Counted from the stretch's first letter, positions 1-14,400 are shown. The stretch: 64,000 bases of DNA from Cenococcum geophilum (GCA_050273025.1 CP158635.1:28024001-28088000), one strand, 5' to 3'. The notes: generated from the sequence alone by a model not told the origin. Translations and numbers: made by a program.

Positions 1-1393
1 AAGATCTTCCCGCTAATAAGCTGACCCATGTGCTATACGCTTTTGCAAACGTGCATCCAGATACAGGAGAAGTCTATCTCTCAGACACGTGGGCGGACAT
101 TGACAAACACTACGCCACCGATTCCTGGAATGACGTCGGAACTAATGTCTACGGCTGCATTAAACAGCTTTTTCTACTTAAACAGAAAAATAGAAAGTTG
201 AAGGTTTTGCTATCTATAGGCGGTTGGACTTACTCGTCGAATTTTGTTGGGCCTGCGTCTACAGCCGCGGGTAGAGCTACATTTGCTTCTTCTGCTGTGT
301 CGATGGTGCAAAACCTAGGTCTTGACGGTGAGTGTTATATCCTATTACCTTATTTCAGATTGTTACGGCTAACAAATTTGGGAATTTAGGGCTGGATATT
401 GATTGGGAATACCCTGCTAGTATGTACACCACTGATGTGAGAATGAGATCCTTCTGCTAATCTTTGTCGCAAGATGACGCTCAAGCAAATGACATGGTTT
501 CATTACTGGCTGCTGTCAGATCTGTAAGTTTAACCAACCTCAAGAAAGAGGGAGATATTGACTTACTTTTAGGCTTTGGATAGTTATTCCGCACAATATG
601 CAGGCGGCCAGCATCTTTTACTTACTGCAGCTTCTCCAGCTGGTGGGCTTACAAAATCTCCTTGCATTTTCTATATAAGAGCTGACATCAAAAGGCCCAT
701 CTAACTACCAAAAAATGCACCTCCAAGCAATGGACCAGTATCTCGATTTCTGGAATCTTATGGCTTACGACTATTCCGGCTCTTGGGACACGGTTGCAGG
801 CCATCAAGCCAATCTCTATAACTCGACCAGCAACCCAGCAAGTACCCCTTTCAGTACTCAACAAGCAATATCCTATTATACCAGTGCCGGAGTCCCTGCG
901 TCGAAGATTGTAATGGGTATGCCTTTGTATGGCCACTCCTTCGATAACACAAACGGCCCTGGCCAACCTTTCAACGGTGTTGGCTCTGGTAGCTGGGAAA
1001 ATGGTATTTGGGATTACAAGGCTCTTCCTCAGGCAGGCGCGACCGAGCACACAGACTCTCAGGTTGTTGCAAGTTATAGCTACGACCCGTCGCAACGGAT
1101 TATGATCAGTTATGATACTCCTGCGATTGCAGCGACAAAAGCAGCGTATATCCAATCTAACGGTCTGGGTGGAGGCATGTGGTGGGAGAGTAGTAGCGAT
1201 AAGACTGGAGAGGGTAGTCTTATTACCACGGTACGTCTGTTATCTATTTTTGCAGCGATCAGGATCTTATTTGAGAATTACACAGGTTGTCACCGCGTTC
1301 GGAGGTACAGGTGCCTTGGATCAAAGTCAGAATTTACTCAGCTACCCAGCATCTAAGTACGGTAACTTAAAAGCTGGGTTCCCAACTGGATAG
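1..1393 (+). CDS. Glycoside hydrolase family 18 chitinase (5' end outside window; multi-exon)
   Basis: KVLLSIGGW motif; spliced [10 protein letters not shown] catalytic motif across intron 329-389; LMAYDY and GGGMWWESS motifs; last exon ends ...KAGFPTG* at 1393. Confidence 0.95.
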
Positions 1394-2033
1394 ACAGTTC
1401 GCGCACATTTTCTGTAAATACCCTTTTTTTACTTGTACATATTTGGGTGGGCTTTTCTACAATTTTCAGGCTTTTAGCAAGCTCGAATCACCTGACTATA
1501 CTTAGATTTTATTGTTGAATAGACCTGACCTCAAGCTACCCCTTCCCTACCCCCCCTATTTGCTCCTCTATTGACAGTCTTTCCATTTTCTTTGCGTATA
1601 TTTATCCATTGATATATCGTGAGTGCTTTTCTAATCCGACAGCTTTTGAAGACTAGGGGGGTTGGGTACTATACATAGCAGGTAGAAGCTATAGAGGATT
1701 AAATTTGACTTCGGTATTCTGGGCTCTGGTTTCCCATAACGTCTTCCTAAGCGGATTTGGCGCTGAAGAAATTAGTTGGGTATACTCATCCCCATCTAGT
1801 TTAGAGAGCTTCTCGCCTTCGGCACTTGACGCGATGCGGAGGTGCCTACCTAGACTCGCACTTCTCAGCGAGAAGGGCGCCCCGTTCGCCTCAACCAACT
1901 CTCAGGTACTAAATATTAAATAATCAAGCATAAACTCTATCACTTAACCTCTAATCCATGCTATACTAATTCTTTAACTGTTGTACATGCCGGCATCGAC
2001 TTGCATATGTTGTAGATTTTGCCTCCTATTCAA

Positions 2034-3188
2034 TCATTCCACGAATTTCACCTCCGGAAACTCCTTGCTCTCGCCATCTAACAATTTCCCCTGACTCCTA
2101 TTCAACACAAAGTCCAAGAATGCCTCTACGTACTTTCCAATAACGTTCATTGCCCTCTCTCCATCAATACTTCCGATTAGGTTCACAGTTCCCTCCGGTA
2201 ACATTCCAACACCGCCTAATTTCGTTGCTATTAACGGCAGATCACTGAAAGTATAATGCGCGCTGCCAATCAACTCCAGCTCCCTTTTCCAACCAGTTAG
2301 ATGAGGCCACAAATCTGCCCACGTGCTGTCAGTACTGAGGTTCTTACCCTCATGGCCGAAGAGAAGGACTGGCTTGTTCGTTCCTATCTCAACAGCGGGG
2401 CCAAAGACACTGCCATCAAGATTGACGCCTCCGAGAAGTCGTGAGTCATTGCTAAGTGCAGCAATGACACCTGCGCCGCCAAGTGAGTGGGCAAACGCCG
2501 CGACTTTTCCGACCGCTTTTACAGAGCCGTAGGCGTTGCGGCCCAAGAGCGACTGCAGAAAGTCTAGAGAGCTGAACTGATCGATCACGAAGCTCAAATC
2601 TTTCGCCCGAGTCTCCACAGCCAATGGGATCTGCGCGTCGCTAAGGTTCAGCCCTAGCACCGTCTCGCCGGAAGGGAATTCGACAATATCGGTATCATAG
2701 GGATGGTCGACCGAAATCACCGTGAACCCGGTGCTCGACACAGTGGCTGCCATTGCGTTGTACAGATAGCGCGACGTTCCCAAGGCACCAGAGAAGAGAA
2801 CAAGCGGGGGTGCATCTGGCTGATGGCGATTGCCAGATGACGCAACAGCGCAGGTTTCGAGAGTTAGGTTCTTGACGGTACCAATGGGGATGCCATATGC
2901 GGAGTACTTCGCATCTTCGTAGGAAGCTGTGATGGAAGGCATATACGGAATCGTGGTATAATTTGAGCAGTGCTTGGCCGGGTGAAAAATAGAGATCATG
3001 AGGGCGCGGGGTTGTGTGGATGAGGCGAAAGGGTCGAGGCGAGTGTGATCGATGAGTTCTGCGGTGGTAATGGAAACGGGGAAGTGGCCGCGTTGGATCG
3101 ATGAGGCTGCAGAAGAAATAGAAAGATGTGAGAAAATCATGGCTGAGAGTGCAGCGAGGGTATTAGAGGATTTCGATAGGAAAGCCAT
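2034..3188 (-). CDS. Secreted alpha/beta-hydrolase (PAF-acetylhydrolase-like lipase/esterase)
   Basis: Intronless 384 aa ORF, signal-peptide-like N-terminus, VISVDHPYD, nucleophile elbow AHSLGG, GVNLDG, HYTFSDLP. Confidence 0.88.
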   Translation of the reverse strand: MAFLSKSSNTLAALSAMIFSHLSISSAASSIQRGHFPVSITTAELIDHTRLDPFASSTQPRALMISIFHPAKHCSNYTTIPYMPSITASYEDAKYSAYGIPIGTVKNLTLETCAVASSGNRHQPDAPPLVLFSGALGTSRYLYNAMAATVSSTGFTVISVDHPYDTDIVEFPSGETVLGLNLSDAQIPLAVETRAKDLSFVIDQFSSLDFLQSLLGRNAYGSVKAVGKVAAFAHSLGGAGVIAALSNDSRLLGGVNLDGSVFGPAVEIGTNKPVLLFGHEGKNLSTDSTWADLWPHLTGWKRELELIGSAHYTFSDLPLIATKLGGVGMLPEGTVNLIGSIDGERAMNVIGKYVEAFLDFVLNRSQGKLLDGESKEFPEVKFVE

Positions 3189-3556
3189 GTTTTGAGGAAT
3201 GATTGAAGCTCCAAGATGATATGAACGTTTGAGGTGTCTGAATCTATATTTCCGCCGCGCGCAGATACTTATATGTCTTCATGAAAATATGTAATGGTTT
3301 GAGCTCAGGTCTCTATTACGCAATCAGGGAATCAAAAACCCAATAAAGCTACAATCGAGCGCCATTAGCAATGTCCGGAGTCGTATGCTGTGGAAGAAGT
3401 CAGGATTTTGTAACGAATCAGAGAAGAGCGCTCAAAGGTTTCCTATTGCAGCTAGCCCTAGTTTCGCTTTAGGCTCCGCCGCAACTTGACCTACGTAATC
3501 CCAAGAATTTGAAATGCGTCTAAATACGAGCCGCGTTCATACAATACGCTTTTAAG

Positions 3557-5192
3557 ATGATTGCTTTCCCTTATTTGCCTTTGGCAAGGTGGCCATGCTG
3601 TCATGTCTCTTCTCGGCCCTTGGACAAGCGCCTCATTGTGCGGAGATGTAAGGCATGCCAGCGTCGAAAGATCAAGGTATCCTATTAATTCCTCGAACGC
3701 TGAAAATGAATGGTAGTCAATTTTATTAACGCTCTATAGTGTTCCGGTACGACACCATGTGCATATTGTTTCCGCACAAACCAAGTGTGTGATCGGGCGT
3801 CCAATTCAGTACACCAACAACCTCGTCATGGAGCTGTTGTATTTGCCCCACCACAATCTGGAGCCACAGCCCTTAAACCCAATAGCGGCTTTATGAGGGA
3901 AAAGCCGATCCGCCACTTGGAGCCCTGGAGTGATCCTGATGATCAATTCGTCGCTCATTTCTTTTCGACCTTTCTTACCGTAAACGACTTAACCGGCAGA
4001 TCATGGAGAGGCCTGGATTCCCATCTCAATGATCTCTTACGAAATTCTTCTGCTCTGCGAGATGTAGCTATTGCCCTTGCTGCGCTCGATAGCAGTCGTA
4101 TGCCACATTCGACTAAGAAATGGGAGGGTGGCGTTACATTGAAGAAAAGAGCTTTGACGTCGTACTCACGCGCTATTCGTGATATAAAAGGTCTACTTGC
4201 GTCTCCCGCTCAATTAGGGGAGTCATGGGAAAGCGCGACCTGGGTAACATTCTTTCTTGGGATTTTTGAGGTAAGCGAGATTTCCATATTTCCTGTACTA
4301 GGTAGTTCAATAAATTGCTTACGGCTCTAGCTCATGCTTGAAACCTCCGAGGGCAACTGGGAGAAACACTTTCTATACGGGACATCCCATCTGCTCCGAC
4401 TCAAGGGCCCGAAAAATTGCACGGAGGGTCCGGGGAAGGAGCTTTTCCTAACCCTTCGAATCTTTGAAATTTCGCGAGCGCTGATTTATACCGACTCCTC
4501 GTTCCTCTGTGAGCCCAATTGGGTAAGATTAGCACAGACGCTAAGGGACGGTGTTGGCGATGCGTGGCATCCTAAGGAGGCAATATACGATTTGATGCTT
4601 TGCTGCTCGAATCTTTGTATTAAGTAAGCTAAACCTTAGACTCAATATTTGAGGCAAATAATCCGCTAACACTCGAGCACTACATAGAGCACTTCAGTAC
4701 ACCCAAAAACCAGACCCACGTGATCCTTTCGTTGGCCTGTCTCTCGCCACAGAAGGTGCTCGATTCCGGCAATGCCTTTCCGAGTGGTATCAAAGAGCTC
4801 AGCTGCGGTCCTTTTCCCAGCAACCACTACTCAAAAACGTCGAATTACTCCTATCTCTGATATACTACTCAGCCCTCTCGATATACTTATCCGGCATCTA
4901 CGACTACCAGCCATCCTCATTCCCTCTACCTACAACATCTCTCCCCACCCTCTCCCGGTATCAGGTTGAAGAGCATCTATCCTCCATTATCAAACTGACG
5001 AATCTCGCACTGAAGGAAACGAATTTGATGGGTCTGCTGTTCCTCTTTCCATTACGTGTGGCTGCTGCTAGAGCTAAGACGGCGGAAGATCAAGCGCAAG
5101 TTCTGGAACTTTTTCAAAGAGTGCGGAAGAAGGGTTTCGCAATTTTAGAGGTCTTTGAGGTGGAGGTTTGTAGGCTGTGGGAGGCGTATTGA
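3557..5192 (+). CDS. Zn(II)2Cys6 fungal transcription factor (multi-exon)
   Basis: Spliced CKACQRRKIK|CSGTTPCAYCFRTNQVC cluster across intron 3677-3739; downstream fungal TF middle region (FFLGIFE, LFPLRVAAARA); stop TGA at 5190-5192. Start codon choice uncertain. Confidence 0.85.
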
Positions 5193-5671
5193 TAGGTGTT
5201 AAGAGGGGTGCGTGGAGCCTAAAGGCCCTAGAGGCGGTACTACCAAGATTCGAGAATAGAACACTTAAACCTATATGGCGTTGTTTAGGGCGTACAAGGG
5301 AAGGGTCACTCGTTTAGTCATCGTAATGCCACATGTTTTGGATGAGTGTCTGAAATACTTCAAAATAAGCTGTTCATAGGAACTTTGAGAGTTCTCTGGG
5401 GTATCTGAAGCCATCCACAGGAGGATGCTCGGGTCACTCAGAATTTGATGTGTTTGATAGCAAACTGGACTAACTGATATTCTGAAATCTCTGACAAATC
5501 TTCGGACAAATACATATGCAACCATAAGAGAAGTCAAGGGTATTTATATATGCACCCCGCATCAGGCCCAAAGGAAACGCCAATTCTCTTCCAAAAAGCG
5601 TCATTGCATTCATTCAGTCATAACAAAATCATATCATGCTCATCACCCCAAGCCTACGTTCTCCCGAGATC

Positions 5672-8600
5672 CTACTTCCGCCCCCTCGCCTTCAACCTCC
5701 CCGCCAAATCTCCCACCGCATTCGCCCAACACCCCATCTCGTCAATCCCCCTGACATCGTTGCCGACAAACTGCCCCAAGAACTCTCCCATCTTGTCCTC
5801 CTTGTACTTCTCTCCGTAAACCACTTCCGCCCTCGCACCAACACTGGCCTCAATACCGCCCGTCCCGATGCCCACCCCGACCTCGAAGCTAACCTTCACC
5901 TTCGTCTGCAGGCTTGGCAGAAGCATACATGGGCGAATGGCGATGCGCTCGTCACCCAGGATGACTTCGTCGGTGATGTAGCAGTGGGAGAGGCAGCGGA
6001 CGCCCTCGGCTACTGCGAGTGCGGTGGCCCATCCGTTCCGGATTAGGTTGAGGAGATCGGGAATGCGTGTCTGGCTCTGGGGGAGGCATTGCAGATGCGC
6101 TCGGAGCAGCTGGAGGAAGAAGCGCTTGCTGGTTGTTAGGGGCCGTGGGTGCGGCGTTGCTGAGTCTCCAATGTAGGTCAACGAGATCGGGGCATTAGGG
6201 GTGTTGGTGTTGGTGGCGAAGGAGGTGGGATGGAAGAAGAGTTGGAGGTCGTTGAGGTGGGTTAGGGTTAACGTAGATGGAGAAGACGAAGCTGAGGCAA
6301 TGCTCCAGCCGTGGTTGAATTCAAGCGTGGTGACTTTAGCTGCAGGGGTTTAGCCGGACTTCAAGTAGACGATGGGATTAGGAAAGGGTTACCCTTGAAG
6401 GCGTTTACTTCGCTTGAAGACCAACCGCGGCATTCCTCGCGCACACGCTCAGCAGCCTTGGTTTCTTCCGTACATTCCATCTTGCGTTCTTTGACCGCTT
6501 CGATAGATGCCTCTTTCTGGATAAGCTCTTCTTGCAGCGACGTGACCAAGCGTTTCTTTCCTTCGATTTCTGCATCAGCTGCAGTTAGTTGCTCCCGTGC
6601 TGCTTCAAGCTCCTCGCGATCGCAGCTTGTCAGCTCGTCCTGTCGTTGTTGGAGCTGTTTGCACTCGGCCTCTAGCTCTTCATGCTGGGAAATTAAAGCG
6701 GGCAACACCGCCTCCAGAACCTCTTCCTGCTTCGCCAAAATGGTATCATCCTGGTCAAACTCCTCTCCAGTCTTGATAAGAGCAGCTTTGAGGTCACGAA
6801 GCAGAGTACTCCGCCATCCATACCATATCTCCTTACTTTGCAGTCTAGCGTACGTTTTCATGTTCTTGAACTGGTTGTCCATGACGTAACGCTGGTCAGG
6901 AGGAGCAGACATGTATTCGTTGAATAGCGCTGGGTTTTCCTCGTATACATCTGCTTCGATTTGGCGGACGACATCCTTGCCGCCGGAGATGTATCGCTTT
7001 AGCTCATGACAAGCCTGTAGGTTGGGGTTAGTGGAAGTGCTCACGGGCCGGACAAGTCGCAACTTACGTGTTGGTACATCTCATATTCAGGAATAATACA
7101 AGCGGCAGCAATGACAAAATCCTCTAAAGAGTCATCTTTCTCATCACCTTCATGTCCACTAACACCCTTACCATGAAAGGAGGGTGGGACGGCTGTGTGG
7201 CGGCGTTTCGTAGTTGTGAGGTCCATGAACCGGATATTGGTCATGTCAAGGAAATCTTGCAGTGGAATTTGTTCGACTTCCTCGTCTTCCTCATTTCCCG
7301 TGAGTTGCTCTTCTGCTTCCTTTGGCAGAGACTCGTTTCCAAAGACAGCACGCTTCTTCGGGCTGACACTCTTCCTTGGTGTCGGAGTTTTTCTAGGTGT
7401 TGGTGGTTTCTTTGGAGTCGCTGCTTTCTTTGGAGTTGTTCCACGTTTGACGGGTGATGTTAGCGTCTGCTTTCTTGGTGTAGACAGCAACTTGATAGAG
7501 TTGGTAAGAGCTGTTGTGCTCTTTACGACTGGCTCTTCCCTAGCCGAAGGAAGCGGACTATATTGCACAGTCGGGGGTGATCCCAGGCGTTGGCTAATGC
7601 TGGGCAAGATGATCGGATCGTCAAAAGCTTTTGGTGTGGAAGCGGGCTCATCTTTCGATGCGCTACGTGTTTGCTTCCGAACAAATGGTGAAGGCTCGGC
7701 TTCAATGGCAGTCTGATTCTGAGGGGTAGACTGGACCTCTGGTGTTGGAGTGGGTAGGCTTTTCCGCGCAGGTCGCCGTGGGGACTTTTGGGGAGTGGCT
7801 TTGGCCGGCTTCACCGGACTTGGAGAAGGCTGTGAGAATTGTATGTCCGATATTCCAGGACGTCCAGGAGATTTTCTTGGCGGTGCGCTCCGTGCCTTTG
7901 GTGTCTGATTCTTTGGAGTGGTCGGCTTAACGGGAGTTGTTGGCTGCGGCCCAGCCCCTTTGATACCCCCTATGACGGCGGTAAACTCCATTGAAAGATC
8001 CTCATTACCATCTTCACTCCCATCGAGCTCTGAAGTCTCGTCTATAGCTGTGATTCCTTTTATACCACCAACAGCCATAGTGAAGTCCATCGTTTCATTA
8101 CCAAATGGCAGATCAACACTGCTTCGGCGGTTTGTATCATCTTGTGACTGGTTGCCTTGGATTCCTCCGATGGCTGTTGTCAGATCCATCGTCTCGTCTC
8201 CGAGGGAGGAGTCTTCCACAGATGACCGGCGTCTCCTGATACTGCTACGACGGTTTACCGGTCGCTTGGCTGGGCTTCCTTGGGACGCACCAACCATTGA
8301 TGACCGTCGTCGCTTGAGACCCCTACGACAGCTATCCTGGTCGATTGGGGCAACCTGCTGGATCCCTCCAAGAGGCATTGTCAAATCCATCGTTGCCCCT
8401 TTCGCATCCGGACTTTGTGACTGCTGTGGAATAATTCGACCAACAGCACGAGTGATGTCCATGCTCATATCTTCACCATCCTCCTGTTCAAGCTCATCGA
8501 GGCCATTAGATAGGCTAGAAATAGCTTTCGCCTTGACAGCCGGAGAGAACGGATCGATGTTCTCCTGGTCATCAAAAGAGGGAAGGTTTCGAGTTGGCTT

Positions 8601-9645
8601 TGGCGTAGCAGCAGGTTTCTTCGTCCACGGCTTAAATGCAGCAGTGATTTCGTCTTCGGCAATTTCCATTGAGAGATCACCATTCTCGTCAAAGTCAATA
8701 CAGCGCGTTCCGGCTTGGGCGGCCGCTTGACTGAGCGCCTCTTCTAGTCTGGCGCTCATCCTAGTAGAGTCACTTGAACTGGAATCAATCGTGGGCTCGG
8801 CCGCATCCCCAGCATTCAAACTTATCATCGTATCCTCGCCATCGTCGTCGGAAGCCTCCTCGATTCCATCGCTACCTGTAGGAGAGCTTCCGCTTCCACT
8901 ATATGGACTCGACGAAAACGTGTCTTCCGGGTTGTTGAAGTTCATTGGCGGAATTCCGGAGCTCCGATGACGGCGTTTTCTCTGGTGTAGGTCGCATTGG
9001 TTTGCGGGTGAAGATCCAAGTACAGGTTCTTTGGTTTGTTCAGGTGGGGTGGATGGAGGCTCGGCCAAGTCGGAATCTGTAGCTGGAGAAGTCGTATTTG
9101 ATTGAGGCGATCTGGCGCTTGACGCTTGCGATATTGAGGATGCTCTCCTAGTAGCATCGGACGAGGCGGAGGATGTAGTCGCATCGCGCATGTATTCGAT
9201 GACATCCCATGTGTGCAATGTAGCTTCGGGAGCAAATGACACGCGTCGTCTCGCTGAAAAGCAAAACATGTTAGCACTAATCGGACAGTCCTAAATCTGT
9301 GCCTCGTACCTAGCGATTTTCGTCGCGCTTCTCGTCGTTTCTTTTCATCCTCGTCATTGGTAGCTAAGATTGATTTTACGGCAGGTATGAATGCAGACTA
9401 TGAGGCGGTTAGTATTTTTCTAGCACCAGTACACAGAACATAGAATATGCGCGATCGTATACCTTTCGGCGATTTCCAGAGTCTTCCCTCAGCGGAGCAT
9501 CGAGAGCTCCCAGAGCTCCAGGCCCAATGCTCTTGCTGCGCACTTTTTTGACGGTTTTCTTTGGAGATAATGCAGGCACATTATTGAGAGAAGGTCCCGC
9601 ACTGAGACCCTCAGCAATGTTTTCCTTGTCGAAATCCGTCGACAT
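5672..9645 (-). CDS. SPC105: Kinetochore scaffold Spc105/Spc7/KNL1 (multi-exon)
   Basis: KSIL and RRVSF PP1-docking motifs, MELT-like repeats (MDITR, MDLTM, MDLTT, MDFTM, MEFTA), LQDFLDMTNIRF and WYGWR Spc7-domain motifs, coiled coil, C-terminal domain in the 5672-6345 exon. Confidence 0.93.
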
Positions 9646-9918
9646 GTTTGTTGTGCAGTTGTCGGCGTTGCAAAGTTGAAGAGGTACTTCCACATGCGCT
9701 AGGGTATCGATTAGGTTTGTTTGTTGTTCTTAGGCTTGTTCTCACCTCTCGAAGGGGAATGGTCGTGATTTAGTCATCAAGCGAGCCAGCGGCCCGTGCG
9801 CGCCCACGAAGCAAGCAATTTTCGGATTGGAATTTGAGAAGCGACACCAGGTCATTTCAACTACGACAATCTATCCACCTCACCCCTCCTTCTCGGCCAA
9901 ATACCGATCGCCGCAATC
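9646..9918. promoter_or_regulatory. Short divergent (bidirectional) promoter region shared by SPC105 and RPS11
   Basis: Only 273 bp separate the two divergent start codons. Confidence 0.6.
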
Positions 9919-10754
9919 ATGGCGACCGAACTTACAGTCCAAAGTGAACGCGCTTTCCAGAAGCAGCCTCACATCTTCCTCAACTCCAAAGCTCAGAGCG
10001 GCAAGAGCAAGCGTATCGGAAAGGGTGGTCGGAGATGGTATAAGGACGTCGGATTGGGCTTCAGGACACCCAAGACCGCCATCGAGGGCTCCTATATTGG
10101 TATGTTGACCCAAATGCTATCTTGTTGCGGGATTGCGATAATTACAGGTCGTGAATGGAGGCTTGAGGACACTCAAAGTCAGCATGGCAATGCTGCACTA
10201 ATCTGAGAATGCAAGAATCCAAGGAATCGCCCGCCCTCAGGTCCTCAACTTGTTGCCTACTGGGAATGACGGACTTTGGACTCAATTTTGGCTAACTGTT
10301 AAATCTTAGACAAGAAGTGCCCCTTCACCGGTCTGGTTTCCATCCGTGGCCGTATCCTTACTGGAACCGTTGTTTCTACCAAGATGCACCGTACTCTGAT
10401 TATCCGCCGCGAATACCTTCACTTCATCCCTAAATACGCACGTTACGAGAAGAGGCACAAGAACTTGGCTGCGCACGTCTCGCCAGCTTTCCGTGTGGAG
10501 GAGGGTGATCAGGTTACTGTTGGACAGTGCAGGCCTTTGAGCAAGACTGTAGGTCCACTTTCCTCTTTTTAGATAGAAGGAGAACTTTCGCAAGTTCTTT
10601 GACGAGTGCAGCTTTCAAAATGCAATGGATGGGGTAATTCACTTTCACGACTGGAACAACTATGCTAACAATACTTCACATGCAGGTCCGATTCAATGTT
10701 CTTCGTGTGCTTCCTCGGACCGGCAAGCAGGTCAAGCAATTCAGCAAGTTTTGA
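9919..10754 (+). CDS. RPS11: 40S ribosomal protein S11 (uS17), 3 exons
   Basis: [20 protein letters not shown]..., [42 protein letters not shown]; introns 10100-10309 and 10549-10686. Confidence 0.98.
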
Positions 10755-11493
10755 ATTGGGTTTTTTTAGGTGTTATTCATGGGACACGGCTCTGGGCTCA
10801 AGATGCGACACAAAGGGAGCATGTAGTTTAGCAGAATCCCTGTTCTGAGTGACTACACTTTGACTCTCTATTGCTGAAGATGTTTTGTGATGTCTGCGTG
10901 AGGCTTTCATCCAAATCGTCGGAGTGAACTTGCGAAGGCGTTGTGACATTTGATTTCTATTATGATAGAGATGGACTATGACAAGCAGGGTTCTGTATGC
11001 TACTGAAAAATGCCTAACTATCCTCAAAAGAAAAAAAGTTGATGTGGTATTTTGTCTCATCACTGCCCAGTAACAACGCCGAAGCGTTGAAATGGGGCGT
11101 ACACAACTTGACTTCGCTAATGTCTCACATGAGCCCGCGTTTGCTACCTACGCGCGGCATCCTTCCAGATGCTTTTGCATACACCTCGCCCTTGCATGCT
11201 ATCTCGTTGACTGCAATCCGGTGAGCAAGGCTGTCGATGCCTTTGCTGAGAAGTGATTGATTCGTTTCTCTTTTCCATACCCGTAAGCGCAGATCGCACA
11301 TCAACCTCAATCCTTGAGCCTTGCTCGACCAATCTCTCAGCTAGAAAAGTTCGCCGTCGCGCCGGAAGCCGAAATCTAGCTCAAGTTGCTTGCTGCACGG
11401 TTCCGTCATGCACTAGGAATGCTGAAACGTGAGCATCTAGCCGGATAGCAGCATCTCGAAAACTCTTTTGTGCCCGAACCTTGCGGCTCCGAC

Positions 11494-14400
11494 ATGGCTA
11501 GTTCAGTAGTCGACCTCACGAAAAGTGATGATGACGTGGTAGAGCTAAGCTCACGTTCATTGCCTGAAGGATTGAAAAGAACGAAAAAGAAGAAGAAACA
11601 TCATTTCCCCCAGGATATACTCAATCCTGAAGGAACATCTAGCGCTTACCGAATCCTGAAAGGCAGATCCAGTACAGTGATTGAAGTAAGTTCCGGGGAT
11701 GATGAAGCGCTTCAGGGGGGCACAGCGTCTAGACGCGTAAATCTACAAAGAGAGTCAAAATCGCCCGCCGGAGTAAGGGACAACATACCATCTGGCTTGG
11801 ATGCGAAAACAACTGCAACTGGACCGTCTACTTCACGTAAACCCATTGACGGCGGTGGGCAGAGCCAACCAGGCGGGCGTCCTACGCCGGATCCCGCCAC
11901 TAGCATGGCAAACAACTCTGCTTCTGACCCTCCTCCCGTCAGGCCTGGGTCAACTGAAGATATCTCTGAAAATCCCGTCCTCAAGAATCTCTTCACCAGT
12001 CCTCTCCAGACAGCGCAGCCAATCGGCAAGCGAAGGCGAGCCAGCCCTGAACTTGGCGAGAGAACACAGACCACAACGAACTCGCGTGAGGAAGGAGCAA
12101 CAACCACGAAACTTACAGAAGTCGCGAATTGCGTTCTGGATGAACGTGAAATTGAGCAAACAAACTTAGATGTTGGCGGTGCTACTGAGGGAACGAACGA
12201 GCTTAATAACATGAGGCCGAAAAAGGGTATGGGCTCATCAGCATCATCCCTTCAAGTTGAGGATCCCCCCTCGAAACCAAAAGCCAAGGAACATTTAGCA
12301 AAGACTGCACGCCCGGTAAAATCTCAAGCCACTTTCCCAATTCGACGCGCACCTAGGCAATCAGAAGAGAGCACGCACCGATCACGTAATGGTTCACGTT
12401 CAGGTTCTCATGAATCTGAGCCGCCCAAAGAGCCAGGGAAAGAAATCGCACGACTCCGAACATCGTGTTCACCGCTCAAGAATGTTTCATCAATTTCTGT
12501 CGCGACCAGCGATCCAGCGGGTAATATGGATGAAACTATGGGTTCAAGCCCAAAAGCGCCGGAGGATCATCCCGAGCCTCCTATAACCGAAGGTATGACA
12601 GCAGAAGACACCCATTTTGATTTACGTAGCATGAAATCTCATCACATGGCTCGCATATCTATTTTCAATCAGAATGGCAATTGCTAATCGGCCTGTCCAG
12701 TGTCAACCAACGCTCCAGCCGAAGAACTCAACATGGATGATGTACCAACATCGGCTATAACCGTGGAGAACATTTTGAGAAAACACATCGCCAGCCTTCG
12801 CGAAGATCATGCGTGCTTTGTGAAGGTAACAATGCGATTTTTCTGCTCTTTTTATCATATTATCTTGCTTATATGATCTCTAGCACACATTACCGCGTCA
12901 TCGAAGATGTTTCGAGCGCGAGGCAAAGGCAGGGAATCTGGACAAGGCACAGATAATCCCGAAAGAATTTATGCAGGAAGAATCGCCTTTTGCCGATATG
13001 AAAGCAATTCAAGTCCCGACAGTTCCAAAAGCTACAGATGGGAGGCCACTGATAAAGCTTACCCAAGAAGTTTTCTCAGATCGCGCTCATAAAGGCATTA
13101 GATCCTATTTGAGTGTTCCATTCACTACCTATAACTCAACTGCAGTCAACATTCCCCCGTATACAGACTATGTCAGCCTGAGGGATAATGTTCTTGCCGA
13201 AAATAATAGGAAACTCCTTTATTGGCCTTATTTCGACGACGATGAGCATGAAACCCTTGGGAAAAAGGGCTTGTGGAATGAATTGGATGAGCGATTCGAC
13301 ATGGTCAATGAACACCGGCCACGTCGCCTTCTCCAGGCAGAGCAGTGTAGAGTGTATAGACTATACGCACAGACCTTCCTTGAAGAGATCGGAATCGATT
13401 GGAAACACGTCTTGTTCTGGCTACTAGCCGATGACAAGGAGATTACTGTCATTAAGTCTACTGCTTTAAGCGGTGAGAACCAAACTGGAGACCTTAATAT
13501 GCTGTCATTCATACTTAACCGAGCACCTCATTGCGAGGAAGATTTCGACCGGCGCCATAAAAAGTGGCAGACAGTTCTATCAAGTCTTACAAAACCATCA
13601 GCCCACCAGTTGAGACTATCTGCTCACGCTTGTACCGCGTTTCTGAAACTTTGTGGATTCAGCTTATGGCACATCGCTCGACAAAGTGATGCTGCTCGAC
13701 CACCACCATCTACCCGACATGACCAAATGAGTGAGAACGCTCAACGCAGTTCTGAATATACATATCGAAACCTGGCTTGTCGAGTCTGTCATCTGTAAGT
13801 GAAGTTTTGCTGATTTGTTCTAATGCTAATGCTGACTACATCAGGCATAACTGCCCCTTCCACGGCGAGATAAGAGAAGAGCCTGGTTCTGGCCCGGAAT
13901 CAGATACAGAGAGTCAGAGCAGGTACACTTCTCGAACACGGATGGAATCAGATATTGATTCATCTGCTTCCGAAATCGATGAGCCTGCAGACTCGGATAC
14001 AGACTCAGATTCAGAAATTATAAATTTCAAGAAACACGTCAATGCAGCACCTCGTGAACACCCTGAGAGTGCACTCACAAATAGTCACACAAGCCACGCG
14101 CAGCAGCCTAAATATAGTATCAACTTCTGGCTCACAAAGACCGAAACATATCTACTCCATAAACGCCGCCCGTTTTACCCTTGCAGCCATGAGGGTAGCT
14201 GCGAAGAGGCCCACTGCCGCTGCTTCCGGGAAAAAATTGCCTGCGAGAAAACCTGTGCCTGTCCTTCATCTTGCAAGCGACGGTTCCGAGGCTGCACATG
14301 CGCGCGTGACAGCCGCGTCCGAGTGTGTTGGAAGAATCCTAAGTGCGAATGTTCGATACTAAATCGCGAATGCGACGCCGACCTATGCGGAATTTGTGGT

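Noticed and set aside
1650..1990. Short ORFs between the chitinase and hydrolase
   Set aside because: No recognisable domain or splice structure; may be a decayed relic but cannot be supported.
5672..6181. Separate 169-aa gene
   Set aside because: It is the last exon of SPC105, joined via the intron at ~6393-6343.
10100..10686. Intronic snoRNAs in RPS11
   Set aside because: No convincing box C (RUGAUGA)/box D pair or H/ACA structure found by eye.
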